A stretch of 37,745 nucleotides of DNA from a virus: the IMG/VR virus record IMGVR_UViG_3300005882_000006, one strand, 5' to 3'. The notes under the pieces were generated by a model. It was not told the origin of the DNA. It ran no database searches and was given only the letters and a program-made list of their open reading frames with translations. Of the stretch, positions 13,960-21,915 are shown one piece after another (positions within the stretch are counted from its first letter, which is position 1; each line of letters opens with the position of its first letter). A program made the translations under genes and the position numbers.

Positions 13960-15038
13960 CAATTATTGATAAAAATTATAAAGGATTGAAGCAGGTCGAA
14001 AATGGAGATTATGTTCTCAATGGCGACCTGGTTATAGAGGGAAATCTTGAGGTAAAACTTGACGATAGGCTTGTTGTAAAAGGATTTAATACAGTTAATG
14101 GTTGGATGAAAGTTGATAAATCAATCATTGTCGAAAAGTATCAGAAAGTCGGTGAGTATCAGGAAATCGGCGGGTCTCAGGAAATCGGTGAGTATCAGGA
14201 AATCGGCGGGTCTCAGAAAATCGGCAGGTCTCAGAGAATCGGCGGGTTTCAGGAAATCAGTGAGTGTCAGAAAATCGGCTGGTCTCAGGAAATCGGTGAG
14301 TATCAGGAAATCGGTGGGCGTCAGAATATCGGTGGGCGTCAGAAAGTCGGTGAGTATCAGGAAATCTGTGGGCATCAGGAAATCGGCGGGTCTCAGGAAA
14401 TCGGTGAGTATCAGAGAATCGGCGGGTTTCAGGAAATCGGTGAGTGTCAGAAAATCGGTAGGTATCAGGAAATCGGTGGGTCTCAGAAAATCGGCAGGTC
14501 TCAGAGAATCGGCGGGTTTCAGGAAATCGGTGAGTGTCAGAAAATCGGCTGGTCTCAGAAAATCGGCGGGTCTCAGGAAATCGGTGAGTATCAGAGAATC
14601 GGCGGGTTTCAGGAAATCGGTGAGTGTCAGAATATCGGTGGTAACTCTGACGTAAAAGCAGGACGCTGCGTCATGTTGTCAATCACAATTAAAGGCACGA
14701 TGAAAACAGGACTGAGGATTTTTGCAGGGACATGTAATTGGAGAGACATTTCGGAACAAGAAAAAACAATCACCTGCGCCAAAATGGAAGGCGGTGAGAT
14801 TTGCTACGGTATCTTAAAAGAAAGCGGTAACACTGGCGCTGGCCTTAATATATTCGACTGGCTTAATGAACGTGGATACCTCATCACCAAAGAGAAGCTT
14901 GATAAGATTGAGGGGTTGAAGAAATCTTTCACCCCCATAGACAAACTAGAAAGCTATGACGAATACATGACAGAAAATGAAGTGAATGCTTACAATCTAG
15001 CGTTACATGATGCTGTAAAGATACTTAAGGGGGAGTGA
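13950..15038 (+). CDS. Hexad-repeat (G-x-x-Q-x-I x27) beta-solenoid-like protein with unique N- and C-terminal domains
   Basis: Track ORF with GGAGGAG SD. The frame runs through non-repetitive flanks. The N-terminal LNGDLVIEGNLEV...VVKGFNTVNGWMKV is already beta-helix-like. Confidence 0.7.
   Translation: MKTTIIDKNYKGLKQVENGDYVLNGDLVIEGNLEVKLDDRLVVKGFNTVNGWMKVDKSIIVEKYQKVGEYQEIGGSQEIGEYQEIGGSQKIGRSQRIGGFQEISECQKIGWSQEIGEYQEIGGRQNIGGRQKVGEYQEICGHQEIGGSQEIGEYQRIGGFQEIGECQKIGRYQEIGGSQKIGRSQRIGGFQEIGECQKIGWSQKIGGSQEIGEYQRIGGFQEIGECQNIGGNSDVKAGRCVMLSITIKGTMKTGLRIFAGTCNWRDISEQEKTITCAKMEGGEICYGILKESGNTGAGLNIFDWLNERGYLITKEKLDKIEGLKKSFTPIDKLESYDEYMTENEVNAYNLALHDAVKILKGE
14151..14636 (+). repeat. Tandem 18-bp repeat x27 with near-identical 72- and 90-bp higher-order blocks
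   Basis: Direct reading: 14205-14294 vs 14475-14564 differ at 3 of 90 positions, and 14385-14456 vs 14565-14636 differ at 1 of 72. Confidence 0.95.
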
Positions 15039-15247
15039 TGGAAACTGGAGAGCTATTAGCCTTATGTAGAGAATTAAAAGGTGTGTCACTTCGAGAAGTG
15101 GAAAATAAAACAGGAATTTCAAATGCTTACCTAAGTCAAATAGAGAGCGGTAAAATCAAAAACATATCATTTACAAACGCTGTGAAGTTGTGTCGTTTCT
15201 ACAACCTCACACTTGATAGATTAGCGGAGACAACCAATGAACGATGA
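15038..15247 (+). CDS. XRE-family HTH transcriptional regulator (69 aa)
   Basis: The segment SLREVENKTGISNAYLSQIESGK is a classic XRE HTH. The ATG shares 1 nt with the stop of the repeat protein (TGATG). Confidence 0.8.
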   Translation: METGELLALCRELKGVSLREVENKTGISNAYLSQIESGKIKNISFTNAVKLCRFYNLTLDRLAETTNER

Positions 15248-15356
15248 AACAAAACCAGCAATCGGAAGTGATTTAAAAATCTATCTAAAAGGTGAAAGCC
15301 CTTTTGTTACGGTAATCAGATACACAGATATCGGACTTAATTCTGCATTTTTATAA
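15237..15356 (+). CDS. Small ORF, 39 aa, not in track
   Basis: It overlaps the XRE 3' end, and its stop shares an A with the next ATG (TAATG). Confidence 0.3.
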   Translation: MNDETKPAIGSDLKIYLKGESPFVTVIRYTDIGLNSAFL

Positions 15357-15526
15357 TGATTTGCGCTGCGGTGGTTCTTTATCAGGCTTTCGTTAATCAC
15401 GATCATTTGTGCATTATTCTTATTTGCATCCACCTCGGTATAGCGTATGGCGACAGCGTTTATAAGAAGCGGCACGATAGCGTTGGATACGGATTTATTA
15501 AAGGATTTACAGGAGAGAAACCATGA
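15356..15526 (+). CDS. Small ORF, 56 aa (MICAAVVLYQAFVNHDHLCIILICIHLG...), not in track
   Basis: It is coupled on both sides (TAATG upstream, ATGA with the 15523 gene). The N-terminal half is hydrophobic. Confidence 0.35.
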   Translation: MICAAVVLYQAFVNHDHLCIILICIHLGIAYGDSVYKKRHDSVGYGFIKGFTGEKP

Positions 15527-15906
15527 CCGACACGATTGAGATGATTGAGGAAGCTTTAGCGGCGTATAAAGGATGGATATGCGATGGTGAATTATTGATG
15601 CCACGGAACTCTATTGACGCGCTGACCAAAGCAGAGACCAGATTGTGTAATAGCGGAAAAACAATCAAAGCCACCCTATCCGTCCTAAAGCGCATAGCAA
15701 GCGGGGATGATTGGTTTGATATTGAGAGTGCGCCAACAAAAAATGGGGGCAATGGAAAAATTATTTTGCGCTCTCCTAATTATCGAGAAGACCAGATTGT
15801 TTATATTGATAACTGGTGGAGGGGTGGACATTCTGCGGAAAGCAAGCCCTTTCAATGGAAACACATCGACCACGCCGAACACATTAAAATGCTCTTAGAG
15901 CAATAA
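15523..15906 (+). CDS. Hypothetical protein (127 aa)
   Basis: Track ORF with GGAGAG SD. Confidence 0.55.
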   Translation: MTDTIEMIEEALAAYKGWICDGELLMPRNSIDALTKAETRLCNSGKTIKATLSVLKRIASGDDWFDIESAPTKNGGNGKIILRSPNYREDQIVYIDNWWRGGHSAESKPFQWKHIDHAEHIKMLLEQ

Positions 15907-16001
15907 CTAAAAGGATCAAAAGATGAATAAAGACCAAGAGCAACAGATAGACGCGCTTATTTGCGACAATTCAAATTAAGGAAGCTAGAAAGGCATAGAA
16001 A

Positions 16002-16244
16002 ATGAGCATACGTGAAAAGATAATCGAAAATGTAGCAAAAACCATGCGTGAAGAAACATATACTTGTGACAATGACGAAAGAATAATAATTGAAACATTA
16101 AAGGAATCCCTAAATAACTGCATTATTATCGATAATGTGGATTTTCAATCAGCATTGCAAACAGCCGAAACTTTAGGATTGTCGAATATTGAAACAAAAG
16201 CGCTAGTCAGTGAGCTTATACAATCAGATATAGGGAGCAGATAA
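16002..16244 (+). CDS. Hypothetical protein (80 aa)
   Basis: Track ORF. Confidence 0.5.
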   Translation: MSIREKIIENVAKTMREETYTCDNDERIIIETLKESLNNCIIIDNVDFQSALQTAETLGLSNIETKALVSELIQSDIGSR

Positions 16245-16246
16245 AA

Positions 16247-16537
16247 ATGAGCGATAATAAAAAAACGTTAGAGGCTTGGGAACGTGTAGCAGCATACGCA
16301 ATAGACATGTGCAGCCTATCTGGAAATGCCAGTACAACCTACGCGATAAGGAAAGATATAGAAACAATCCTAAGCGCCCTCAAAGCCCTGCGAGACGAGA
16401 ACAAGCGGTTGCGGGATGCTTTGGAGTTTTATGCAGACCCTAATTCATATCGCAAGGACATGGATAGCGGACAAACGGATATTTATAACGACAGAGGCCA
16501 ACGCGCCCAGCAAGCCATAAACCCAAAAGGAGAGTGA
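16247..16537 (+). CDS. Hypothetical protein (96 aa)
   Basis: Track ORF. Confidence 0.5.
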   Translation: MSDNKKTLEAWERVAAYAIDMCSLSGNASTTYAIRKDIETILSALKALRDENKRLRDALEFYADPNSYRKDMDSGQTDIYNDRGQRAQQAINPKGE

Positions 16538-16894
16538 GTGAAGCGGGTATTTAGAATACGCAGAAAAGACACGGGGCAGTTTTTCGCAGGGCTTGCATAC
16601 CCTTGGATAGACAGCGGTCATCCAGTCTGGAATGATAAGGGCGCTTTCTATCGAGATATAAGTGTTGTTATTGCTTGGCTGCGTGTTCTGTCTTGCGACT
16701 GGTCATCAATAAAAGAGCCAGCAAACAAGATAACATGCGTCACTGCCAAGAAGCTTATAAAATACATAGATCACACCTTTGATGAAAAGATGCTTGTGCT
16801 GTATGAGGTTGTTGTGAATGACATAACTATAAACGGAGAAGAGGTTATAAAGGCTTGCGATTTTACAAAGGAAGCTACCCACGCAGGCGCCTAG
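16538..16894 (+). CDS. Hypothetical protein (118 aa, GTG start)
   Basis: Track ORF. AAAGGAGAG SD sits in the upstream gene's end, and the GTG directly follows the TGA. Confidence 0.5.
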   Translation: MKRVFRIRRKDTGQFFAGLAYPWIDSGHPVWNDKGAFYRDISVVIAWLRVLSCDWSSIKEPANKITCVTAKKLIKYIDHTFDEKMLVLYEVVVNDITINGEEVIKACDFTKEATHAGA

Positions 16895-16923
16895 AGCGTA
16901 TTGACGCTATAGACTGGGAGGGG

Positions 16924-17049
16924 ATGAAGAAACCAAACTACGGAAATATGGCACTTAAAAGCATTAACAAAACAAAGGGCTACAACGCCGCGATTGATGA
17001 TATTAAAAGATGTCTTGATAAACTTATGGAGGAGCTAAATGAAAACTAG
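16924..17049 (+). CDS. Small protein, 41 aa (start moved to ATG 16924); its 3' end forms part of the 61-bp repeat
   Basis: GGGAGGGG SD lies upstream of the ATG at 16924. The track version (16855) overlaps the previous gene by 40 nt. Confidence 0.4.
   Translation: MKKPNYGNMALKSINKTKGYNAAIDDIKRCLDKLMEELNEN
16988..17048 (+). repeat. 61-bp perfect direct repeat, right copy (cassette boundary)
   Basis: Identical to 13899..13959, at an offset of exactly 3089 bp. Confidence 0.95.
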
Positions 17050-17380
17050 AATACAAGAAGCGCTTGAGCAACTTCCGTTAATGCACCACATAAGCACAGG
17101 TGAACCGTTGTCTGACGAAAGCATAAAGCGAAATGAAGCCATAGACACAGCGATAGCAATCCTAGAACACCTCTTAACGCTAGAGCTAGACGAGGGTATG
17201 CCGAATGAAGTTTGGGCAAAATCAAAAGGATATGCCAATACAGGGAGCGCAGAAAAGCCAAATCGTTTTATGATTGGTGAGTGGTGGGCAGATGATGAAT
17301 ATGGAACTCGCTACACCCAACCCGCCGCGATACTTGCAGAGATAGAAAAGAAGATAGGGGAGATAAATGAAACCAACTAA
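17039..17380 (+). CDS. Hypothetical protein (113 aa); start codon lies inside the right 61-bp repeat
   Basis: Track ORF. Confidence 0.55.
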   Translation: MKTRIQEALEQLPLMHHISTGEPLSDESIKRNEAIDTAIAILEHLLTLELDEGMPNEVWAKSKGYANTGSAEKPNRFMIGEWWADDEYGTRYTQPAAILAEIEKKIGEINETN

Positions 17381-17650
17381 AGAAGAAATACAGGCAGCAC
17401 TGGATGCTTTGGATAGGATGAGAGAATGTAACCACTCGACAGAAAGTGAGTACTTGCGCGACATTGAAGCAATCAAGAAAGCCCTTGACGCTTTCTGGGA
17501 GAGAGAACTTGACGAGATAAAAAACTTGAGGATGCTTTAAAAGACTCCTATTTGAATGAACACACTTATGCCCCTGTTCATATCATCATGAGGGCAGCCA
17601 AAGAGTACCTAGAGCTTATTAAAAAGGATGCAAAAACATTAAAGACCTAA
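17367..17650 (+). CDS. Hypothetical protein, interrupted: the zero frame stops at 17540, and the -1 frame from A_AAA_AAC (17519..17525) continues to 17650
   Basis: The zero frame reads MKPTKEEIQAALDALDRM...ELDEIKNLRML*. The -1 frame reads ...EIKK-LEDALKDSYLNEHTYAPVHIIMRAAKEYLELIKKDAKTLKT*. It has no start codon of its own and opens only 5 codons before the heptamer. Confidence 0.45.
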
Positions 17651-17699
17651 AGAATGCGTTTCGTTCCAGTAGTCAAATATATCTGAAAGCTCAGTATCG

Positions 17700-20600
17700 C
17701 TAAAGACCAAAACCATAACGACCATTCATAGCATCAAACGCGCCCTCACGTTCCGCAGCACTTAGGCTATCAAGCGTGTGCAGATACCCGTAAAGCTTGC
17801 CTATACCGTTATCAACCTGAGAGCCGCCGACCTTAACTCGAACCTTGCTTGTGTAACCATCAGACGGGTCAAAATTAAGCGTGGCTGTATTGTGTCCGTT
17901 CACGTAAACATTGCAGCTTGATGATGATATGAAATCTAGTGTGATTATAAGCTTTTCACTTGCACCTATTCCTGTCGTGATTGTCTGATTTGACGCTGCT
18001 TCATTCTGTGAATACACAAGAGTGCCATTTGAACGAAGATACATTTGAGCGCTTGTTGTTACAGTTCCGACCGAGTTAGTAAACGTAATAAATGCACCGA
18101 ATGCTGGTAAAACGGACGGTGTTTCAATAGCAAACATGATTGTTAGGTTTCCAGTAGCGCCATAGTCCGTGTCGTAGTCAAGAATTGTGTCAGTATCAAG
18201 TACGAGGTGGTCAGTTGAGAATACTGGTTCTGTGCCTGATATATTAAACCCTGATACAGTACCGCTCACAGTGTCAATATCACTAACATTTGAGCCGCTT
18301 GAATATGTCTTAGAGCTGTCCGTTGCTTCTAAATAGGCTACCTGATTATCGAGTGATGCAATATAATCTGTGATACTAACACTATAGTCATGAACAAACA
18401 TCAACGGTAGCTCACGCGCACTGTTTGATTTGATACAGTTATTAACATTGTCAGAATAATAAGCGTTATTGCCGTAGATGTAGTACAGGTTAAGCTCGTC
18501 ACTTGCTTCAATCGCAGCGTCAAGAGTTAGGCGAACCGTGCTTGCATCTTGTCTGTCTTGTGAAGTGATTGTAACCTCTTCACCGTCTGCGTCAAGCAAC
18601 GCAAACCCTTCAATCCCACTTGTTGGGGTGAAGTCTGTTGAGCCATAATGAGTGATGCCAACATCAACATACGTATTACCAATAACACCCGCAGCAGATG
18701 AAATAACAGGCGGTTTAGCTGCATGTAGATCAATAATTCCGCGTTGCTCCATGTCAAACCAAAGCAAGCGATAGCCCATAGTCGTGTAATCTTCTGCATA
18801 ATAGTGGGCAGAACCTAAGTTGTTATCAAATCCCCATGTTGCAGGTGCGTTGAAGTCATAAGCCCAATCAAGCTCTTGGACTAGCTCAAGCTCTGCTTCA
18901 CGGAACGCTTGTAGAATAATGTCAGGGGTGTTTGATAAGCGCCCACAAGCAAGCTGACTGTACATGACCATGTTAGGGTAGCGTCTACGCAACTCAAGCC
19001 AGCACTGCTTTGTGCCGTACTTCCATAAATCCATTGGTACTGTTTCAGGCTTGGTTTCATCGAAAGGTAGATCAAACTGCCACTGATCCCATGCACATAC
19101 TTTAACATTGTCTTCATTAAAGCCGTTGCGCCTATGGTGGTCATTGATAGAAATATCCCAAACGTTACCAAAAGTGTCTTCGTCTTCGTCCCATAAATAC
19201 GTGTTTAAAGACGCTGCGTTAGGGTCAAGCTGTCTGTTACGCTTAAGCATCGCCGAGCCACCTTGTATGCGTGGGTCATAAAGAGACGTTAGCATAAAGT
19301 CAGATACATATTTTCGCGCTTCGTTGTAGAAAGCAACCTCGCCATCACCTCTAAACACAATGTTAGTGTTAGGGTAAAGCATAATTTTATTGATGTTTGA
19401 TTGTGGCCCTAATAGATAAACAGTCTTATTTGAACCAATTGATTTTTCAAGCCCTTGTTCATTTGTCAAGGTATCATTAAAAACTTTTAGTTCATGCAAA
19501 ACCATAGAAGTTCTTAGTGATGAATTGGTTGTGTCTCTAAGATAAAATGTATCAAGTCCTATTGGAGAAGCACTTATATCATTAGTGAATTGTAATTCAC
19601 CTTTATCATACACAAGCATTGTGTCCTCATCCCAAGTGATGAGGGTGCTGTCATAACGTGGGGTTTTTGAGCGTATTCCGTAATTGTAGGTGAAATCACT
19701 AGAACCGCCAGACACAAAAGAAACTTTGTCATCTCCTGTGTCAGTAACACGTTTTGCAATAGCATTATTTGCAGGATTGCTTGAATTTGCTAATGCCCAG
19801 CCGTCTTGTCCTGTGTCTCCACCCCACATGATAGAACGAACATAAAATGCCCCCACATCATCTAATTCCCCAAAGTTAGTTACTGAAACAATCTCATCAC
19901 CACGAGATGCAGACGCTCCTGCTGTATCAATGGGGAAAGTCAAGTGGGGTAAGTATTTAGAGCCTGTATAGCCGTCTTCTTCTTGCATATCAGCCATAGC
20001 AAAATGAATTGTCATACCATCAGGCACAACAAGACGCATTTTATCACTGCTAGAAGCGGGGGTAATGTCTAGTTTTGAAGCCCAAGCCCACTCACGGGCT
20101 AGTAGGTATTCTTCACCTTCTCCACCAATTGAGAGTGTTGCATAAAGCTCATCACTTCCTGACACAACCTTATAAGTAAGCTGTGTGTTATGTGCGTTCG
20201 TATTGCCTACTGCACCAGCCCATTCAATCGTAACGTCTGAACCGCTCGCTGCAACTTCCCATACTTGGTCATTATTTGTAAAGCTAGAATTAAACGGCGC
20301 TGTTGCGTCAGTTACTACGGTCACTGAACCACTACCAGTGTCGAAGTGATCTGTAACAGCATCGGCACTTGGACGAGCATACTCAATTTTATTTGTGCGG
20401 TCAACTTGACTAAGTAAACCATTCAATTCACCACCACCAAAAGTACGCTCATAAATAGGTTCACTTGCTGCTGATAAAGCCCACTCGCCATCACTGTCAA
20501 TATAAACCGCCTGACTTGTTCTGGTTGTTGAAACGCCGATTGTTGAAGCAACCTCTGTAAAATCATGCCCTATGCCGTAAATAGATATGCCGTCACTTGT

Positions 20601-21914
20601 GAATGAGTTTATTGCTGCTTCTATGCGAGGAGCAATAATAGCTTGTTCTGCTTGCGCTAAGTGTAAGCCATCATCTTGTGTAGCTTCAATGTCTGAAATA
20701 TCAACAAAAGCCATCCATGGAACAGACGCAGCCAGTTCTTTCTGGGCTTCTTGTATCGCTGACCAATTAGCTTGTGTTGCGCTATGAGTGGTGTCTAGAG
20801 CAGTAACCCACCTATGCAGAGAAACAATAACAATCGGGTGGTCGCCAACAACTTTTCTATACTCTGTGAATAATTCTAAAACTGCTGCTTTGTAATCTTC
20901 TTTACTTGTTCCAGCAATAGCATCACTCTCACCTTGGTGCCATACTGTATATGTGAGTGTTCCTGCTTGTTTAGCCATTAAAGCGCGGTTCACTAAAGCA
21001 TGGAAACGCTGTGCAATTACGCGGTCAGCAACTGTAAAAGAAGTGATATATGGAACCCAGTCGGCAATTTCTGTGTTGCCTTTTGCTGCGGGTACGGCAA
21101 ACCACTCAAAATCACTGTCTGCGGTTTTAAGCGCGTCAACCACAAGCCCCTGATAGCCAAGTGCTGCTGTATCTGACAAAACACTACTCAATATTACTGT
21201 GTCTGTGTCATCATCAGCTGGGTCAGAATAATCTTCATAATCACCTGAATTTGTGAGAAGCTTGTTAGTATTTGTGTATGTATGTGAGCCTGTGGATGCT
21301 ACGCCTACCGAGTTCGATTGCCCCGCAAATACAACGCCGCGCCTTGTATTGTCGTATGTGATTGTAGGGATGATGTCAGTTGAGTTTTTACTCAAGCTGC
21401 GTGCAAAAGCTTCAGTTGAACCAGTGTCATATAAGGCAACATATTCAATCGTTCCTTGCAAATCAGCAACACGCTGAGCCAAATAAACATTAGACACAGT
21501 GTCAGGAAAGCTTAAACCGCTTTCCACATAATATATCTCTTCGCCGTTCATATATATTTGAAGACTTCCATCTTTCCAACGCACCACGAACCTCTGGCGA
21601 TTAGGTAGGAAAGTACCGTTAATAGTGTTGATAATTTCAGCCGTTTGAGAAACACCACCAACTGTTATGATTATTTGAAAAGTTTCAGTATCACGATGGA
21701 ATAGCTCAAAACGGTTGTTGTTGTTAGTGTAGAATGAAAAAATAGTTTCATAGTTTGTGCGCGTGTATGGTGTTGTGGTTGTACTGTCTATCACAACCAT
21801 TCCTTCTTCACCACTATACAATGTAGCGTCTGGTGTTGATTTTTCAAACGCAGAAAATACAGGCTTTAACCCACCATCCCTAACAAAACCAAGTCCAAAT
21901 CCTAAACCTAACAT
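17700..21914 (-). CDS. Giant tail fibre/spike-like protein (1404 aa) with LamG-like ends and a sialate-O-acetylesterase-type (SGNH-like) domain
   Basis: Esterase blocks are FAGQSNSVG (aa 196-204), WHQGESD (aa 325-331) and DDGLH (aa 414-418). A second, degenerate copy runs GPQSN...AWDQWQFD...GSAHY. Jelly-roll-like N- and C-terminal regions. Confidence 0.6.
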   Translation of the reverse strand: MLGLGFGLGFVRDGGLKPVFSAFEKSTPDATLYSGEEGMVVIDSTTTTPYTRTNYETIFSFYTNNNNRFELFHRDTETFQIIITVGGVSQTAEIINTINGTFLPNRQRFVVRWKDGSLQIYMNGEEIYYVESGLSFPDTVSNVYLAQRVADLQGTIEYVALYDTGSTEAFARSLSKNSTDIIPTITYDNTRRGVVFAGQSNSVGVASTGSHTYTNTNKLLTNSGDYEDYSDPADDDTDTVILSSVLSDTAALGYQGLVVDALKTADSDFEWFAVPAAKGNTEIADWVPYITSFTVADRVIAQRFHALVNRALMAKQAGTLTYTVWHQGESDAIAGTSKEDYKAAVLELFTEYRKVVGDHPIVIVSLHRWVTALDTTHSATQANWSAIQEAQKELAASVPWMAFVDISDIEATQDDGLHLAQAEQAIIAPRIEAAINSFTSDGISIYGIGHDFTEVASTIGVSTTRTSQAVYIDSDGEWALSAASEPIYERTFGGGELNGLLSQVDRTNKIEYARPSADAVTDHFDTGSGSVTVVTDATAPFNSSFTNNDQVWEVAASGSDVTIEWAGAVGNTNAHNTQLTYKVVSGSDELYATLSIGGEGEEYLLAREWAWASKLDITPASSSDKMRLVVPDGMTIHFAMADMQEEDGYTGSKYLPHLTFPIDTAGASASRGDEIVSVTNFGELDDVGAFYVRSIMWGGDTGQDGWALANSSNPANNAIAKRVTDTGDDKVSFVSGGSSDFTYNYGIRSKTPRYDSTLITWDEDTMLVYDKGELQFTNDISASPIGLDTFYLRDTTNSSLRTSMVLHELKVFNDTLTNEQGLEKSIGSNKTVYLLGPQSNINKIMLYPNTNIVFRGDGEVAFYNEARKYVSDFMLTSLYDPRIQGGSAMLKRNRQLDPNAASLNTYLWDEDEDTFGNVWDISINDHHRRNGFNEDNVKVCAWDQWQFDLPFDETKPETVPMDLWKYGTKQCWLELRRRYPNMVMYSQLACGRLSNTPDIILQAFREAELELVQELDWAYDFNAPATWGFDNNLGSAHYYAEDYTTMGYRLLWFDMEQRGIIDLHAAKPPVISSAAGVIGNTYVDVGITHYGSTDFTPTSGIEGFALLDADGEEVTITSQDRQDASTVRLTLDAAIEASDELNLYYIYGNNAYYSDNVNNCIKSNSARELPLMFVHDYSVSITDYIASLDNQVAYLEATDSSKTYSSGSNVSDIDTVSGTVSGFNISGTEPVFSTDHLVLDTDTILDYDTDYGATGNLTIMFAIETPSVLPAFGAFITFTNSVGTVTTSAQMYLRSNGTLVYSQNEAASNQTITTGIGASEKLIITLDFISSSSCNVYVNGHNTATLNFDPSDGYTSKVRVKVGGSQVDNGIGKLYGYLHTLDSLSAAEREGAFDAMNGRYGFGL

Positions 21915-21915
21915 A

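Noticed and set aside
14151-14636. Possible CRISPR array (also considered for 2871..3107)
   Set aside because: The units are contiguous with no spacers, are 18 bp and 6 bp long, and stay in frame within ORFs. No cas genes are present.
14113-14655. 180-aa Arg/Lys/Ser-repeat ORF on the plus strand and 84-aa ORF on the minus strand (14121..14375) across the 18-bp array
   Set aside because: These open frames are a by-product of the stop-free tandem repeat. Only the 362-aa frame extends into unique flanking sequence with an SD.
15281-15752. Minus-strand ORFs of 107 aa and 81 aa in the accessory cassette
   Set aside because: They run antisense to a chain of translationally coupled plus-strand ORFs, have no SD, and have odd composition.
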